A stretch of DNA of 64,000 nucleotides from a virus. Positions 20,911 through 30,684 of the stretch are shown here, one piece after another. Location of the stretch: positions 18,792-82,791 of IMG/VR virus record IMGVR_UViG_3300021960_000048; one strand, 5' to 3'. How positions within the stretch are numbered: position 1 is the first letter of the stretch; each line of letters opens with the position of its first letter. A model generated the notes under the pieces. The model was given only the letters and a program-made list of their open reading frames with translations. It made no database searches and was not told the DNA's origin. The translations under genes and the position numbers were made by a program.

Positions 20911-23552
20911 CAGATAACCCCCTGCGCCCCTCTTCTCATTGAACGGTTGATGATTTTTGGCAGTTCACGTTCAATCATAGCCTGTATCTCATGTTTGTTC
21001 AACCCATCACCGTTAATCACAATATCGCCAAATGATATGTTAGCACCCATACCACCGCTTGCACTAGCGATACCTGCCCCTATTTGTTTGAGTTTGTCAT
21101 TTGTCAAAGGTATAACTGCTTCTCGGTCTCCACCTTCACCTATCATACCTACTGTTGGTTTACTAACAATACCACCTTTAGCGAACAAAGGCATTGGGGT
21201 AGGTTCTATTCCTCTAGCCAATAACGCCGCATTGATTTCTTCTTGGGTCATTCCGGCTGTTCCGCCCGTACCTCTGTTACCCAAAGCATTTCCTAATGTA
21301 CTTCTGTTTGACATATTAACAGATTTGGCTATTTCATCTGCACTACGTGGGTCGAGTAATGAGTCTTTTACTCTGCCGAAGAACTTTGTGAAACGATTAT
21401 TCTTCAAGACGTTGCCAAGTTGTTGGACTGCGCTTTTCAAAGCATTAACTTTGTTCGTTATGAAGTTGATTGGACGCTTTAAGAAATTAAGACTCTTCAA
21501 GAAACTACCTGCACCACCAGCCGCGCCTCGGAACATACGTCCTAAACCGGGCAACCTTTTGCCAATCTTCTCAAATATTTTTGCGAGACCCTTCCCGAAC
21601 CCTACGAAGTCGGCTAAAGTGTGGAAGAACTTAGACGCTGTTTCATTAGTCCCTTCAAAGAAAACACCGAGAGTCCTCAAGGCATATCCAACCCCACTGA
21701 ATAGAACTATTGCTTCCATTACAAAAGAGAAAAGTGTAGTAAATATGTTCAGTAATCCCCTCAATGAACCGTCGAATGTAAGCACCGCATCAACCACGTC
21801 CATGAACATATCAAACAGTCTTACTAATGGAGTTGCCAAAGCCGTTAATATTCGACCAAGTAATGCTAGTGCGGGTAGTATTCTTACTACTGCCTTCAAG
21901 ACTTCTATGAACAAAGGTACAGTAGCGACCATTGTGTCGATTGCAGACGGTAGATTTGTTTTCAGAGTATTTGCTAATTCTATTATCTGCGGTGTCAATT
22001 TTTCAACGACTCCACCCGGTTCGTTCAGAGTCTTACCAAAGTCGCTAAGGACACCCGTAGTTTTCTGTCCTTGATAATCTACATCGAATAAGGCTCTAAC
22101 GAAATGAACACCGAGAGTAATCGACGCTTCTTCAACCTGTGATTTGAAAACACGCAATGCTTCAAAAGATGATTGTTGTAGTGTGGTTGAGAATTGTTCT
22201 GTTGTACCTGCCGCATTTTTGTTTGCTGCTACAAGTTCATCGAACGCATCTACTTGAGACATCAATGAAAGGACCGCCGTACCACCACGAACACCGAATA
22301 TCTCCAGTGCTTGAGCCGCAGTAATGTTACCATCACGCATTTGATGAAGTAAGTCCGTTAATGAAGTCAGACCCATAGTCTGCATCTCAACTGTCTTGAT
22401 TAAGTCATCAGACCTTTTCTTCAATGACGATTGTCTTTCTTCGGCTGTTTTCATAGCAGCAGATGTCTCCATCAACTGTATTGTTCTCTTTTGAGATGTT
22501 ATACTAAGTTCTTCATTAGCCATTTCCAATCTTCTGATTTGTTCTAACTCAGATTCAGTCAACTCTCTTTGTTGTGAAGCCGCTCTAAATCTAATCTCTG
22601 AGATTGCTAATTGATTCTTTCTTTCAGACATAGCCAAATCATCTAACTCACCTTGTAAGTTATTGACTTCCATAGTTAGTCTTGATGTGATACGTGCTGT
22701 AACGTCCATCTGCGTCATAGTGGCTTTCAGTGTTGCATTTGCAGACTTACCTGCATCAGATAATACGAATACATCTAACCCCAAATCATTGATAACTTTT
22801 CTAGCATCGAAAGTTGGTTTCAATAGTTTATTTATGGACATACGTAAACCTGTACCTGCCACTGTACCACGTAGACCTGCATTACCTAACGCACCGATAG
22901 CCGCCGCTGTTTCTTCAATTCCAATACCTGCTGCTGCTGCAACTGGAGCAACGAACTTCATTGCTTCTCCAAGACCGACCACATCTACGTTTGCACTTGT
23001 GAATGTCTTAACTAGAACGTCAGTTGCTTCGTTCAGTTGACCCATCTCCATACGGAACGCCTTAACTGATGCTACACCGATTGTTGTAGCAGTTTGAATA
23101 TCAGTTCCACCTGCGATAGCGAACTTCACTAACTTGTCAATAACTTCATCATCAACCATCTCATTAAATGAAACACCTGCGATAGCCAAAACCTCGGCTG
23201 CCTGTGCTGCTTGAGACGCAGTAAATCTTGTTGACTTACCTATGTCTCTGATTGTATTCTCAAGTGTCATGGCTTCTTCGCCTGTCGATTGCATAACCGC
23301 TTGTGTACGGACTAGCGTATCGTTAAACTCAATGAATAGTTCACTGGATTGTTTGAGAAACCCTGCTGTCAGAGATGCACCGACGGCACTGGCTGAAAGA
23401 GTGATTGCTTTGAAATTAGCATTCATCACCGTACCCAAACGAGATACTTTTCCACCTGCTGCTAGTAGAGACCTACCTACAGCAGACATGTTCTTACGAA
23501 ACGACGTAGTATCAGCCGTAACCCTTGTCATAATGGTAGTTACTTCTGTCAT
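20910..23552 (-). CDS. Tape measure protein (TP901-like)
   Basis: GKSTRFTASQAAQA, LGEAMKFVAPVA, GLRGTVAGTGLR, FAKGGIV..GEGGDREAVIPL motifs. Confidence 0.93.
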   Translation of the reverse strand: MTEVTTIMTRVTADTTSFRKNMSAVGRSLLAAGGKVSRLGTVMNANFKAITLSASAVGASLTAGFLKQSSELFIEFNDTLVRTQAVMQSTGEEAMTLENTIRDIGKSTRFTASQAAQAAEVLAIAGVSFNEMVDDEVIDKLVKFAIAGGTDIQTATTIGVASVKAFRMEMGQLNEATDVLVKTFTSANVDVVGLGEAMKFVAPVAAAAGIGIEETAAAIGALGNAGLRGTVAGTGLRMSINKLLKPTFDARKVINDLGLDVFVLSDAGKSANATLKATMTQMDVTARITSRLTMEVNNLQGELDDLAMSERKNQLAISEIRFRAASQQRELTESELEQIRRLEMANEELSITSQKRTIQLMETSAAMKTAEERQSSLKKRSDDLIKTVEMQTMGLTSLTDLLHQMRDGNITAAQALEIFGVRGGTAVLSLMSQVDAFDELVAANKNAAGTTEQFSTTLQQSSFEALRVFKSQVEEASITLGVHFVRALFDVDYQGQKTTGVLSDFGKTLNEPGGVVEKLTPQIIELANTLKTNLPSAIDTMVATVPLFIEVLKAVVRILPALALLGRILTALATPLVRLFDMFMDVVDAVLTFDGSLRGLLNIFTTLFSFVMEAIVLFSGVGYALRTLGVFFEGTNETASKFFHTLADFVGFGKGLAKIFEKIGKRLPGLGRMFRGAAGGAGSFLKSLNFLKRPINFITNKVNALKSAVQQLGNVLKNNRFTKFFGRVKDSLLDPRSADEIAKSVNMSNRSTLGNALGNRGTGGTAGMTQEEINAALLARGIEPTPMPLFAKGGIVSKPTVGMIGEGGDREAVIPLTNDKLKQIGAGIASASGGMGANISFGDIVINGDGLNKHEIQAMIERELPKIINRSMRRGAQGVI

Positions 23553-23770
23553 TATCTACCGACCATCCTTTTCGCTCTTGACGCTTGGCTCGCCCTACGA
23601 TGTGAGTCAGCCGCGTTGCGGTTCTTTACGGAGAAGGCGCTTATAAGGAAATGAGTTTCTCTAGGGTCTAATGATTTCCACTCTGTTAAACTCATGCCGA
23701 GATAGGCTAATAACTCGAAGAGGAATTGACCTTCGTCAGACTCGGCATACTCTTCGATTAATCTAAAGGG
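23552..23770 (-). CDS. Frameshift extension of the tail assembly chaperone (gpT-like; -1 frame)
   Basis: Slippery C CCT TTA at 23770-23764; -1 frame open (RLIEEYAESDEGQFLFELL...RMVGR) to a TAA overlapping the TMP ATG. Confidence 0.85.
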   Translation of the reverse strand, partial: PFRLIEEYAESDEGQFLFELLAYLGMSLTEWKSLDPRETHFLISAFSVKNRNAADSHRRASQASRAKRMVGR

Positions 23771-24075
23771 ACGTTAACTGCTTCCATTATTGCTGTTGTT
23801 AGTTGCCCTATTACTGTCAATGGAAGTCTTTGAAAACTATCCCATGTAAGTGTTTTATCACACTTCATCATCATCTCAAAGACCATAAGCATTCCAAGTT
23901 TTTCTGCTCTATCTTCTTCGTTTAATCCCCTCAATTCTGGGTTCGCTTTCAAGCCGTTGTATTCCTTTACAGATAGGGGTAAAACTTTGATTTCATCTAC
24001 TCCTATATTCAAATGGTTTACAACCACAATTACTGGTTCTGAAGCCTGTTCAATTATATTATCTATCCATGTCAT
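23758..24075 (-). CDS. Tail assembly chaperone (gpG-like)
   Basis: Between tail tube and TMP genes; ends in a slippery heptamer. Confidence 0.85.
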   Translation of the reverse strand: MTWIDNIIEQASEPVIVVVNHLNIGVDEIKVLPLSVKEYNGLKANPELRGLNEEDRAEKLGMLMVFEMMMKCDKTLTWDSFQRLPLTVIGQLTTAIMEAVNVPLD

Positions 24076-24089
24076 GTTTAATCACCGTC

Positions 24090-24527
24090 TCAACTGTCAG
24101 CCGCAGTGTACGCCCAACTTAACGCTTCAAATGAAGCATTGAGTAATAATGGTCCTTCTCCACCTGCTTCAAGACCTTCTGTTGCTAGGTCAGTAAATAC
24201 GCAGTTGCTTAGTGTGAAAACTTTAGTTCCAGATGTTGTTCCTACTGCCTGTGTTCCGGCTGCTGCAAATCTAATCTCGAACTCTTCGTCATTGGTTAAC
24301 ATAGCATGCAACTCACTTGATTTAAGTCCCCATGCTGCGGTTATTGAGCCGCTTGCTGATTTCAGTCCTCTTGTGTTCGCAGTTGCATAAGATGACCCTA
24401 GTTCAACATATTTTCCAGTAGCGGCTGCCAATGTGAAGTCTCCCTGCACATACCCCACCAATGCTCCAGTTGTAGTACCGGAAGTTCTGATTGAACCAGT
24501 TACACCTGTAAATGAATGTAATGCCAT
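24090..24527 (-). CDS. Major tail tube protein
   Basis: 145 aa beta-rich protein (SGSITAAW..FEIRF..FTLSNCVF..ASFEAL) upstream of chaperone and TMP. Confidence 0.75.
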   Translation of the reverse strand: MALHSFTGVTGSIRTSGTTTGALVGYVQGDFTLAAATGKYVELGSSYATANTRGLKSASGSITAAWGLKSSELHAMLTNDEEFEIRFAAAGTQAVGTTSGTKVFTLSNCVFTDLATEGLEAGGEGPLLLNASFEALSWAYTAADS

Positions 24528-24615
24528 TGAGTCAAATGCTGTCGAACATGGGTATTAAGTAAAGCGGTTACGTAGGTACTTTGCGTACTTTATATACTGT
24601 CAGGATTTAATGAAC

Positions 24616-25032
24616 TTACTCTTCCATTAAGTCTTGGTAAAACGCTTCGGAGACGAAAGCAATACCGACGTAAAACTCGCCGTTGTCAGTATTTTCACCG
24701 GACTCGAACATTACTGCTCTAAGATTTCTGCTTCTAGCGATTTCAGATGGAGATACTAAGTCTCCCTCGATGGTCGCCATAATGTCGTAGCGTAGTACGT
24801 ATGGGGATAGAAGGTGGAATGATGAAAGGCCAGATGGATTTTCACCGTCGCAGTAAGCGTTTTCTGATTCGGTTCTGCGTGAGATGATTCTCTCTAAACA
24901 AGGAGATGGCCCGTTAAAGTATTGAGCCATAGTGTGATTCAATTCGATGTAACCTATTGAACCCTCTTGGATAATGTCATTCCAGTTGTCGGTGTTACGC
25001 ATGTCGTTTTCGGCTGTTATTGGGTTGCTCAT
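24616..25032 (-). CDS. Stand-alone cassette gene 3 (MSNPIT...)
   Basis: TTATATA 22 nt upstream; perfect ATATAAC-ACTTTA-GTTATAT at 25056-25075. Confidence 0.75.
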   Translation of the reverse strand: MSNPITAENDMRNTDNWNDIIQEGSIGYIELNHTMAQYFNGPSPCLERIISRRTESENAYCDGENPSGLSSFHLLSPYVLRYDIMATIEGDLVSPSEIARSRNLRAVMFESGENTDNGEFYVGIAFVSEAFYQDLMEE

Positions 25033-25078
25033 GTGTTAGGGGAGAGGGTGGGGGTATATAACACTTTAGTTATATGCT

Positions 25079-25363
25079 TTAGTAAAATCTCTTATTATCC
25101 CAACGCCGAGATACTTGATTAGCCAAAACCTTACGTGGTTTTATTTTACCATCATAAGGGTCGATGCAATACCAACCTGCGGGTCTATCTTCATCCCGCT
25201 CTTTGATACATAGAGGACACAAGTGTTTGGAATACTTGTTGTGTTTCTCTGCTTCGGGAACTATCTTTTTTAGTCTATCCATAACGTCTTGCCTTGCATC
25301 TTGAAAGCGTATCTGAATATCACAACCAATGCCATGAGTCTTGCATGTATGTTTACACTTCAT
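25079..25363 (-). CDS. Cys/His-rich hypothetical protein
   Basis: CKHTC..H..C and HLCPLC motifs. Confidence 0.55.
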   Translation of the reverse strand: MKCKHTCKTHGIGCDIQIRFQDARQDVMDRLKKIVPEAEKHNKYSKHLCPLCIKERDEDRPAGWYCIDPYDGKIKPRKVLANQVSRRWDNKRFY

Positions 25364-25367
25364 ATTC

Positions 25368-26699
25368 TCAACCTATCAATGAGTTATTCCCTAATGGATG
25401 TGGTGTCTCAGAAGCCTCTTTTAATATTTTTTCAACTTGAGTTGTTATTTGATTCCAGTCAAACTTTTCTTCTGCAAACTTTCTGGCGTTCTTACCCATA
25501 GTAGTACGGAGTTCCTTATCTAATGATAAGTCTAACATTGCTTGTGCCTGTTTGACAACATCCACTAATCCCATGTTTACTCCCCACTTTGGACCTGTTA
25601 TGAATGTCGAACATGGTACTAAGATTCCTCGTTGATTCTTGCCAATTAATTCTGGACCCGTAGAATTGTCGGGTAAGATACAAGGTAAACCACATGCCAT
25701 TGCTTCGGCTGATGGAATACCAAATCCTTCACCGCCTGTTGCCAACATATGAACGTCGCACATTTGGTACAATGCGGCCATCTGGTCGGCTGATAATCCC
25801 TGTAATGGGTTCTCGGACTGGTCGGAAAAAATGACGTGTTCTCGAAGCCCCATTTGCTCGACAAGTAAAGGTAAATCCCAACCACCCATACCATAAGCAT
25901 CAGTCGGACTACCACAATGAATAATCATACCAACCGAAGATGGATTCGGATGTTTGTCAAGCATGAGTCTGAACGACTCTAACATTCTGGGTTGTTGCTT
26001 ACGGTTTGTGTTCTTACCTACGGAGAGAAATACAAACTCCCAAGGCACATTCATTTGTTGTCTCATCAAAAGTTTGTCAGACATACTTATTGGCTTGAAC
26101 TTCTTCAAGTCAACACCATGATACAATACGTCTCCATAGTTGTCAGTATAACGGTCTAACATCGGGTCTCTCAAACCTTCGGGAGCAGTACCTTCCGAAC
26201 CCAACCAGTCAATGTAAGCCTCGAATTGTTCTCGACCATACTCGGCCATCCAAAGAGGTGTATGTAGCAACTTGAGAATATCTTTCCATTTGTATGAAAG
26301 TGGGTAGCCATCAACAGGCATGTAAGCAACATATGGTACGCCTCTATTATTTGTGGATAATACATTTTTACCAATGAACCAAGGGTCAATCAGAGAAAGC
26401 ACCACATCTGGCTGTAATCGGTCTATTGTAGCCCCTAGAACGGTGTCTCCCGCTTGGTTGACTACTTCACCCCCATATTCCCCTACACCTGCGTGTACGA
26501 GCGTCCATCCTTCCGTATGTTTGAAATCTTCACCGTTGTAATCCCAACCCATAACATATACTTCATGTCCTCTCTTAACTAGCCGCTTGACTATTTCTCT
26601 AGTAACCACACCATATCCTGTAGGTCTTGTTGGTTGTTCTGAACACCATAGTATTCTCATTCTTTTTGTCTTGGGCTTCTTGGACTTTTTCTTCCCCAT
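25368..26699 (-). CDS. GT-B fold glycosyltransferase (GT4-like)
   Basis: MRILW..PTGYG..GHEV, VGKNTNRK, EGFGIPSAEAMACGLP motifs. Confidence 0.92.
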   Translation of the reverse strand: MGKKKSKKPKTKRMRILWCSEQPTRPTGYGVVTREIVKRLVKRGHEVYVMGWDYNGEDFKHTEGWTLVHAGVGEYGGEVVNQAGDTVLGATIDRLQPDVVLSLIDPWFIGKNVLSTNNRGVPYVAYMPVDGYPLSYKWKDILKLLHTPLWMAEYGREQFEAYIDWLGSEGTAPEGLRDPMLDRYTDNYGDVLYHGVDLKKFKPISMSDKLLMRQQMNVPWEFVFLSVGKNTNRKQQPRMLESFRLMLDKHPNPSSVGMIIHCGSPTDAYGMGGWDLPLLVEQMGLREHVIFSDQSENPLQGLSADQMAALYQMCDVHMLATGGEGFGIPSAEAMACGLPCILPDNSTGPELIGKNQRGILVPCSTFITGPKWGVNMGLVDVVKQAQAMLDLSLDKELRTTMGKNARKFAEEKFDWNQITTQVEKILKEASETPHPLGNNSLIG

Positions 26700-26759
26700 A
26701 TATCTCGGATAGTGGTGAGGGTTTTGAACCAAGCGGTCATTTAGATTTGATGAGCGGGC

Positions 26760-27146
26760 TTAGATAACAAATCGTGTCCTAAGCGTTTCCGTAGGACGGC
26801 TGTCTAAAGTGTGTTGAAGAGTTCCAGACCCACCCACTGCACGATAAGTCTCCACGTCCAATAATAATCTATTACCACTGGTTGTCATCTTCGGTGTTAA
26901 GGCATTGCCAGATGTACTCCAACCCACACGAACCACGCCGCTTAACCCCGGCCTCAGAGATAAGACGTTAGTACCACTGATAGCATATAGTAGGGTTGGT
27001 GGCGCTACTCCTGTCCCGTCCATAAAATCTGATAGAGATGCGAGTAGAACGTCGGCAGTCGATGTTTCAGTCCCCCATGTGCCTAGGCCATACCATACTG
27101 GATTCCTAAACATAAGACGGACTGTCTCATACCTGTCCATGTCCAT
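26760..27146 (-). CDS. Hypothetical, possibly virion protein
   Basis: ORF with upstream CGTCAATA late-type box. Confidence 0.55.
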   Translation of the reverse strand: MDMDRYETVRLMFRNPVWYGLGTWGTETSTADVLLASLSDFMDGTGVAPPTLLYAISGTNVLSLRPGLSGVVRVGWSTSGNALTPKMTTSGNRLLLDVETYRAVGGSGTLQHTLDSRPTETLRTRFVI

Positions 27147-27182
27147 ACCCTTGACGGGTCAGACAAGGCTATTGACGCTTAT

Positions 27183-27353
27183 TCAGCGACAAGTAGTACC
27201 TGCGTACACTCTTTCACTTTGACAGTTGATACAAATGAAGATGATGTCTCCTGTCTCTCGGTCATAGTGTCGGTGTATGTCGTCAGCGTTTCTTTGGTGC
27301 ATTCCGCCACAGTCTTGGCATAGGTTGTCTGTTTGGTCTATTGGGTTGCTCAT
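27183..27353 (-). CDS. Stand-alone cassette gene 4, 56-aa Zn-finger microprotein (not in ORF track)
   Basis: MSNPIDQTDNLCQDCGG...FICINCQSERVYAGTTCR; TTATATA 22 nt upstream; perfect ATATAAC-CTTTGT-GTTATAT at 27377-27396. Confidence 0.75.
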   Translation of the reverse strand: MSNPIDQTDNLCQDCGGMHQRNADDIHRHYDRETGDIIFICINCQSERVYAGTTCR

Positions 27354-27395
27354 GTTCTAACGGAGAGGATGCCCCTATATAACCTTTGTGTTATA

Positions 27396-27686
27396 TTACT
27401 TTCTCTTTTTGTTCCACAAGTCAATGAGATACAATGCTTTTCTAGCGTCTCCTATTGGTTTGGGTTTTACTTTTTTGGGCTTTGGTCTGTCGGCAAAGCA
27501 AACTTCGCAGCGGGTCAACTTTGATTCGTCGGCTAGATATTTTTCTGGCATACCCGCGTCCGGTTGTTTACCACCGTCGCACTTACGAACTTTGTCATAG
27601 TAGACACTAACGAACTCGCCTTCACCTTCTACTCTTCTCACTTCTTTAAGCAAGTGAAGAACACTCCAGTTATACTTTTGACTCAT
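27396..27686 (-). CDS. Hypothetical protein
   Basis: ORF track; CEVC motif. Confidence 0.55.
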   Translation of the reverse strand: MSQKYNWSVLHLLKEVRRVEGEGEFVSVYYDKVRKCDGGKQPDAGMPEKYLADESKLTRCEVCFADRPKPKKVKPKPIGDARKALYLIDLWNKKRK

Positions 27687-27891
27687 AGTCGGGATGCTCC
27701 TTCGGTAGTTTGTGTAACCTTCGATATGCTAGATTGCCAATTAAGTCAGACACATTTTCTGCCGCCTGTTTAACTCTCTTTCTACTATGCTCGTCCTTCC
27801 CCATTTCTCTTAACACTGGGGCTATGTCAATTTTAGTCATGATGTGCATGAGGATTTCATACTCTGCGTGGCTAATTGTTTTCGCTCTCAT
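27670..27891 (-). CDS. Hypothetical protein
   Basis: ORF track; TTATATA about 22 nt upstream. Confidence 0.55.
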   Translation of the reverse strand: MRAKTISHAEYEILMHIMTKIDIAPVLREMGKDEHSRKRVKQAAENVSDLIGNLAYRRLHKLPKEHPDYESKV

Positions 27892-27923
27892 AGTGTCGAG
27901 ACGGACTATATGTATATAAGACT

Positions 27924-28286
27924 TTATATTAACTCTCTTCTACCTTGTTGCTTTGCTGTTTTCATTCTATGATGATTAGCACAAAGAGGTTCACACTTTG
28001 ATACTTCTTCCATTATCGTGTCCCAACCGTAGCCGTCAGACACCATCAGAGATATGTTTGCTACTTTCTTTGAAGGGTCTAAATGATGCAAGTCAATTGC
28101 TTCGGGGTCATCATTGAAGCCACATACAGCACACGCTAATTGAGACTTGTATTCATCCCACTTACGTTTGAGTAATTGCTTTCTAGCCTTGACCCTAGAA
28201 CGCATTAATTCTTTGTTCTGGTGGTAATACTTGCGTTGATATTCCTTGTTATATTCCCTACGTTTCTTAGGGTCTTTGTAGGGCAT
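27924..28286 (-). CDS. HNH endonuclease
   Basis: CAVCG..IDLHHLDP..KCEPLCANHHR. Confidence 0.85.
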   Translation of the reverse strand: MPYKDPKKRREYNKEYQRKYYHQNKELMRSRVKARKQLLKRKWDEYKSQLACAVCGFNDDPEAIDLHHLDPSKKVANISLMVSDGYGWDTIMEEVSKCEPLCANHHRMKTAKQQGRRELI

Positions 28287-28312
28287 TGAACCGTACAGTA
28301 AAAACGTGGCTC

Positions 28313-28684
28313 TTAACTGTGCTTTTCCTTGTACTCTTTAGAAGCAAATAAACTATCCAACATTTGTTGCCGAGTTAAAGTTCCTAATGGACCTAGAGAA
28401 CGGACATAATGTTTCTTTCCACCTAGGTCTACCTCTCTTCCTAGAACAGCCATGTAAGCCTTCTCTACGAAGTCCTCAACGGACATGTCAAGAGGGTCAA
28501 CACTTGGTAATGTAATATTACCTTTCGATACTTTAACTTCTTCAACAACTTCTTCCTCTTCAGGATAAAGATGATTTGTTAATCTCTCGATAAGGAGAGC
28601 CTTCGTTCCATCTGATGTTAGTCCATGTTCTTCACACAATGCTACTAATTCTGCTTTCAGTAATGACGTTAATTCGTCGGTCAT
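28313..28684 (-). CDS. SAP-domain protein with DUF4214-like C-terminus
   Basis: LKAELVALCEEHGLTSDGTKALLIERL (SAP); FVEKAYMAVLGREVDLGG..FASKEY. Confidence 0.7.
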   Translation of the reverse strand: MTDELTSLLKAELVALCEEHGLTSDGTKALLIERLTNHLYPEEEEVVEEVKVSKGNITLPSVDPLDMSVEDFVEKAYMAVLGREVDLGGKKHYVRSLGPLGTLTRQQMLDSLFASKEYKEKHS

Positions 28685-28717
28685 ATTGATAGGGTCAGAG
28701 ATTACGGTTTATGACTA

Positions 28718-29107
28718 TCACGGTTCAAGACCATATTCAATTATCTGAATTGAGCCATTTGTAAATGCTTCACGCAGAGTTATAGTATTACAAACTGTAT
28801 TTTCATAATATGAGTTGACTGGTAAAGTGAGGTAAAGAAGTCGAGAACCTAGAACTTCTGCTTTGTAAGGAGTTCCGTTGTCTATTGTTCCGTTGATTGT
28901 GAAAATGTAAGATGTTCCCGTTTCATCAAACTTGGCTTCTTTCTTTTCAATCACACCACCTACCCAATAACATTCATCATCCACCCAAGGGAAATAAGTG
29001 GTTGGGTATCTAGCAGGTGAGGTTACTACTACTGCTATCGAGAATGACCACATGACCATCATGACGACCATTAGAACGGCCTTAACAGTGGTAGCCCTAT
29101 CACTCAC
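28718..29107 (-). CDS. Membrane-anchored or secreted hypothetical protein
   Basis: N-terminal hydrophobic helix AVLMVVMMVMWSFSIAVVV. Confidence 0.6.
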   Translation of the reverse strand: MSDRATTVKAVLMVVMMVMWSFSIAVVVTSPARYPTTYFPWVDDECYWVGGVIEKKEAKFDETGTSYIFTINGTIDNGTPYKAEVLGSRLLYLTLPVNSYYENTVCNTITLREAFTNGSIQIIEYGLEP

Positions 29108-29155
29108 AATTAATGGTTGACTGCGAGGTCAATAAGCGAAGGGCATTGAACCACA

Positions 29156-29347
29156 TTAAGAAGATAATACGATTCTCTCACTGCCGCTGTAGAACGCTCG
29201 TCCTCTTCGGAAGTTAAAGGTCGTCTCTACACCGTTTACCATTGCTGTTTGAGTTTCGTACACGTTTACCATTCTGAATGTGCATGTACTTGGTGTGTGC
29301 TGTGTGTTTATTATTTCGCCATTGAAGCCTACTATTTGGTTGCTCAT
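29156..29347 (-). CDS. Stand-alone cassette gene 5 (MSNQIV...)
   Basis: TTATATA 22 nt upstream; ATATAAG-ATGTTC-GTTATAT at 29371-29390. Confidence 0.7.
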   Translation of the reverse strand: MSNQIVGFNGEIINTQHTPSTCTFRMVNVYETQTAMVNGVETTFNFRRGRAFYSGSERIVLSS

Positions 29348-29393
29348 GTTATTGCGGAGCGACTACCCCTATATAAGATGTTCGTTATATGGA

Positions 29394-29906
29394 TTACTCT
29401 TGCCATCGAATCGCAAGCGTGTGCTGAGATTGATAACCAATGCAATCTCCTTCTTTATCTCCACCCATTCCTTTCTTCGGAGATTCAATCTCAACTGCCT
29501 TGGTTTCTTCCGACCTCATGATTTTGATAAAGTGATAATCAGTTCCATTCACCCCGGTTGACCCGGTTAAGTCTGGTGTAGTCAAACTACGGGTGTGCAT
29601 CAAGTCGATGAACTTCCGATACAATTGCCAGTGTTTCGCTCTAGTATCAGCATACAAAGTAACCAACATGAATTGAGTTGCGTCTGTATTTAACGTAGCA
29701 CCTTCCGTTAAATGAACAGGGAATGACATTCCGTAGGAAGGCATGATTGAGATTTGAAATGTCTTTTGACGCTTGAACTCTAGCCATCCAGTATTGACTA
29801 AAGGTGTCCATACACCATCCGGTGAGACCATGTTGGACTCGATTAGATTCTTGACTAATGTATGTGGGTCTGTTGAGGGAACACCAGTATCAGTTATCGC
29901 CATCAA
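29394..29906 (-). CDS. Putative tail terminator/completion protein
   Basis: Size and position after the head-tail connector. Confidence 0.45.
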   Translation of the reverse strand: MMAITDTGVPSTDPHTLVKNLIESNMVSPDGVWTPLVNTGWLEFKRQKTFQISIMPSYGMSFPVHLTEGATLNTDATQFMLVTLYADTRAKHWQLYRKFIDLMHTRSLTTPDLTGSTGVNGTDYHFIKIMRSEETKAVEIESPKKGMGGDKEGDCIGYQSQHTLAIRWQE

Positions 29907-29956
29907 ATATCGACTCCATGCAATCTAAAAACATACGACATGTACTGTACGGTCTT

Positions 29957-30601
29957 TCAGTAGAAGTTGTTGTAGTTGGTTCTGTATTGTCCATAAGTTG
30001 CCACCCCCATTAATCCCATTCTTTGAATACGCTTTAACATTTCCATATATTCTTTTTCTGAACTAGCAAGTAAGGGTCTCCAGAACTCTTTCATCCTTTC
30101 AGTACAGTTCTCATCATTCAATGCTGCCCTAGCCGCTTGACGTACTACAAGAAGTATGGTAGCCATCTTTGCTTCTATAGGTGCGGTAGCAGTACCATAG
30201 ACATAGACGACTTTCAGATATTGTCTTAGAGACTCAGCCCAAGGCTGATGAAATCTAACGATTCCCGCGTCGCCATCTTCTAACCAATAATCATGAGTCG
30301 AACGAATACGCCCTGCGTCTAAGACTGTTTCATTCCCAGAAGCGTCGATAGTTGAAATGGAAGTGATTGAGGCTACTGGTCTCTTGGAAAGGCTGAGATG
30401 GCGAAGCGAGTAATGAATATCAAAATACTCTGTTTCTGTTTCTGTTCCCGCTAGTTGTCTACCTGCATAGGCATCAACCATACGAGATGCGTTAGTTATC
30501 ATGGATTCGACTTGAGAATCAGATGGTCCTATTCCTTCGGAAAAGTCTACACCTGCATACATCTCAACGTCTGCTAAAGTACAGTAGTCTATGGCCGCCA
30601 T
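29957..30601 (-). CDS. Head-tail connector (gp6/gp15-like)
   Basis: YCTLADV..ITNASRMVDAYAGR..RPVASITSI..VVYVYG..P motif string. Confidence 0.8.
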   Translation of the reverse strand: MAAIDYCTLADVEMYAGVDFSEGIGPSDSQVESMITNASRMVDAYAGRQLAGTETETEYFDIHYSLRHLSLSKRPVASITSISTIDASGNETVLDAGRIRSTHDYWLEDGDAGIVRFHQPWAESLRQYLKVVYVYGTATAPIEAKMATILLVVRQAARAALNDENCTERMKEFWRPLLASSEKEYMEMLKRIQRMGLMGVATYGQYRTNYNNFY

Positions 30602-30638
30602 GTTGATACCTTACGCTAAGTGGGTATTAACGAATCCG

Positions 30639-30665
30639 AAAGGATAGGGCCGAAGCCCCGTCCTT
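30639..30665 (-). terminator. cUUCGg hairpin downstream of the major capsid gene
   Basis: AAGGACGGGGC-UUCG-GCCCUAUCCUUU preceded by CGUAA. Confidence 0.7.
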
Positions 30666-30684
30666 ACGATTACGGTTAGCCTAT

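Noticed and set aside
20947-23646. Long plus-strand ORFs (375, 125, 134 aa)
   Set aside because: Antisense shadows of the tape measure gene with no motifs.
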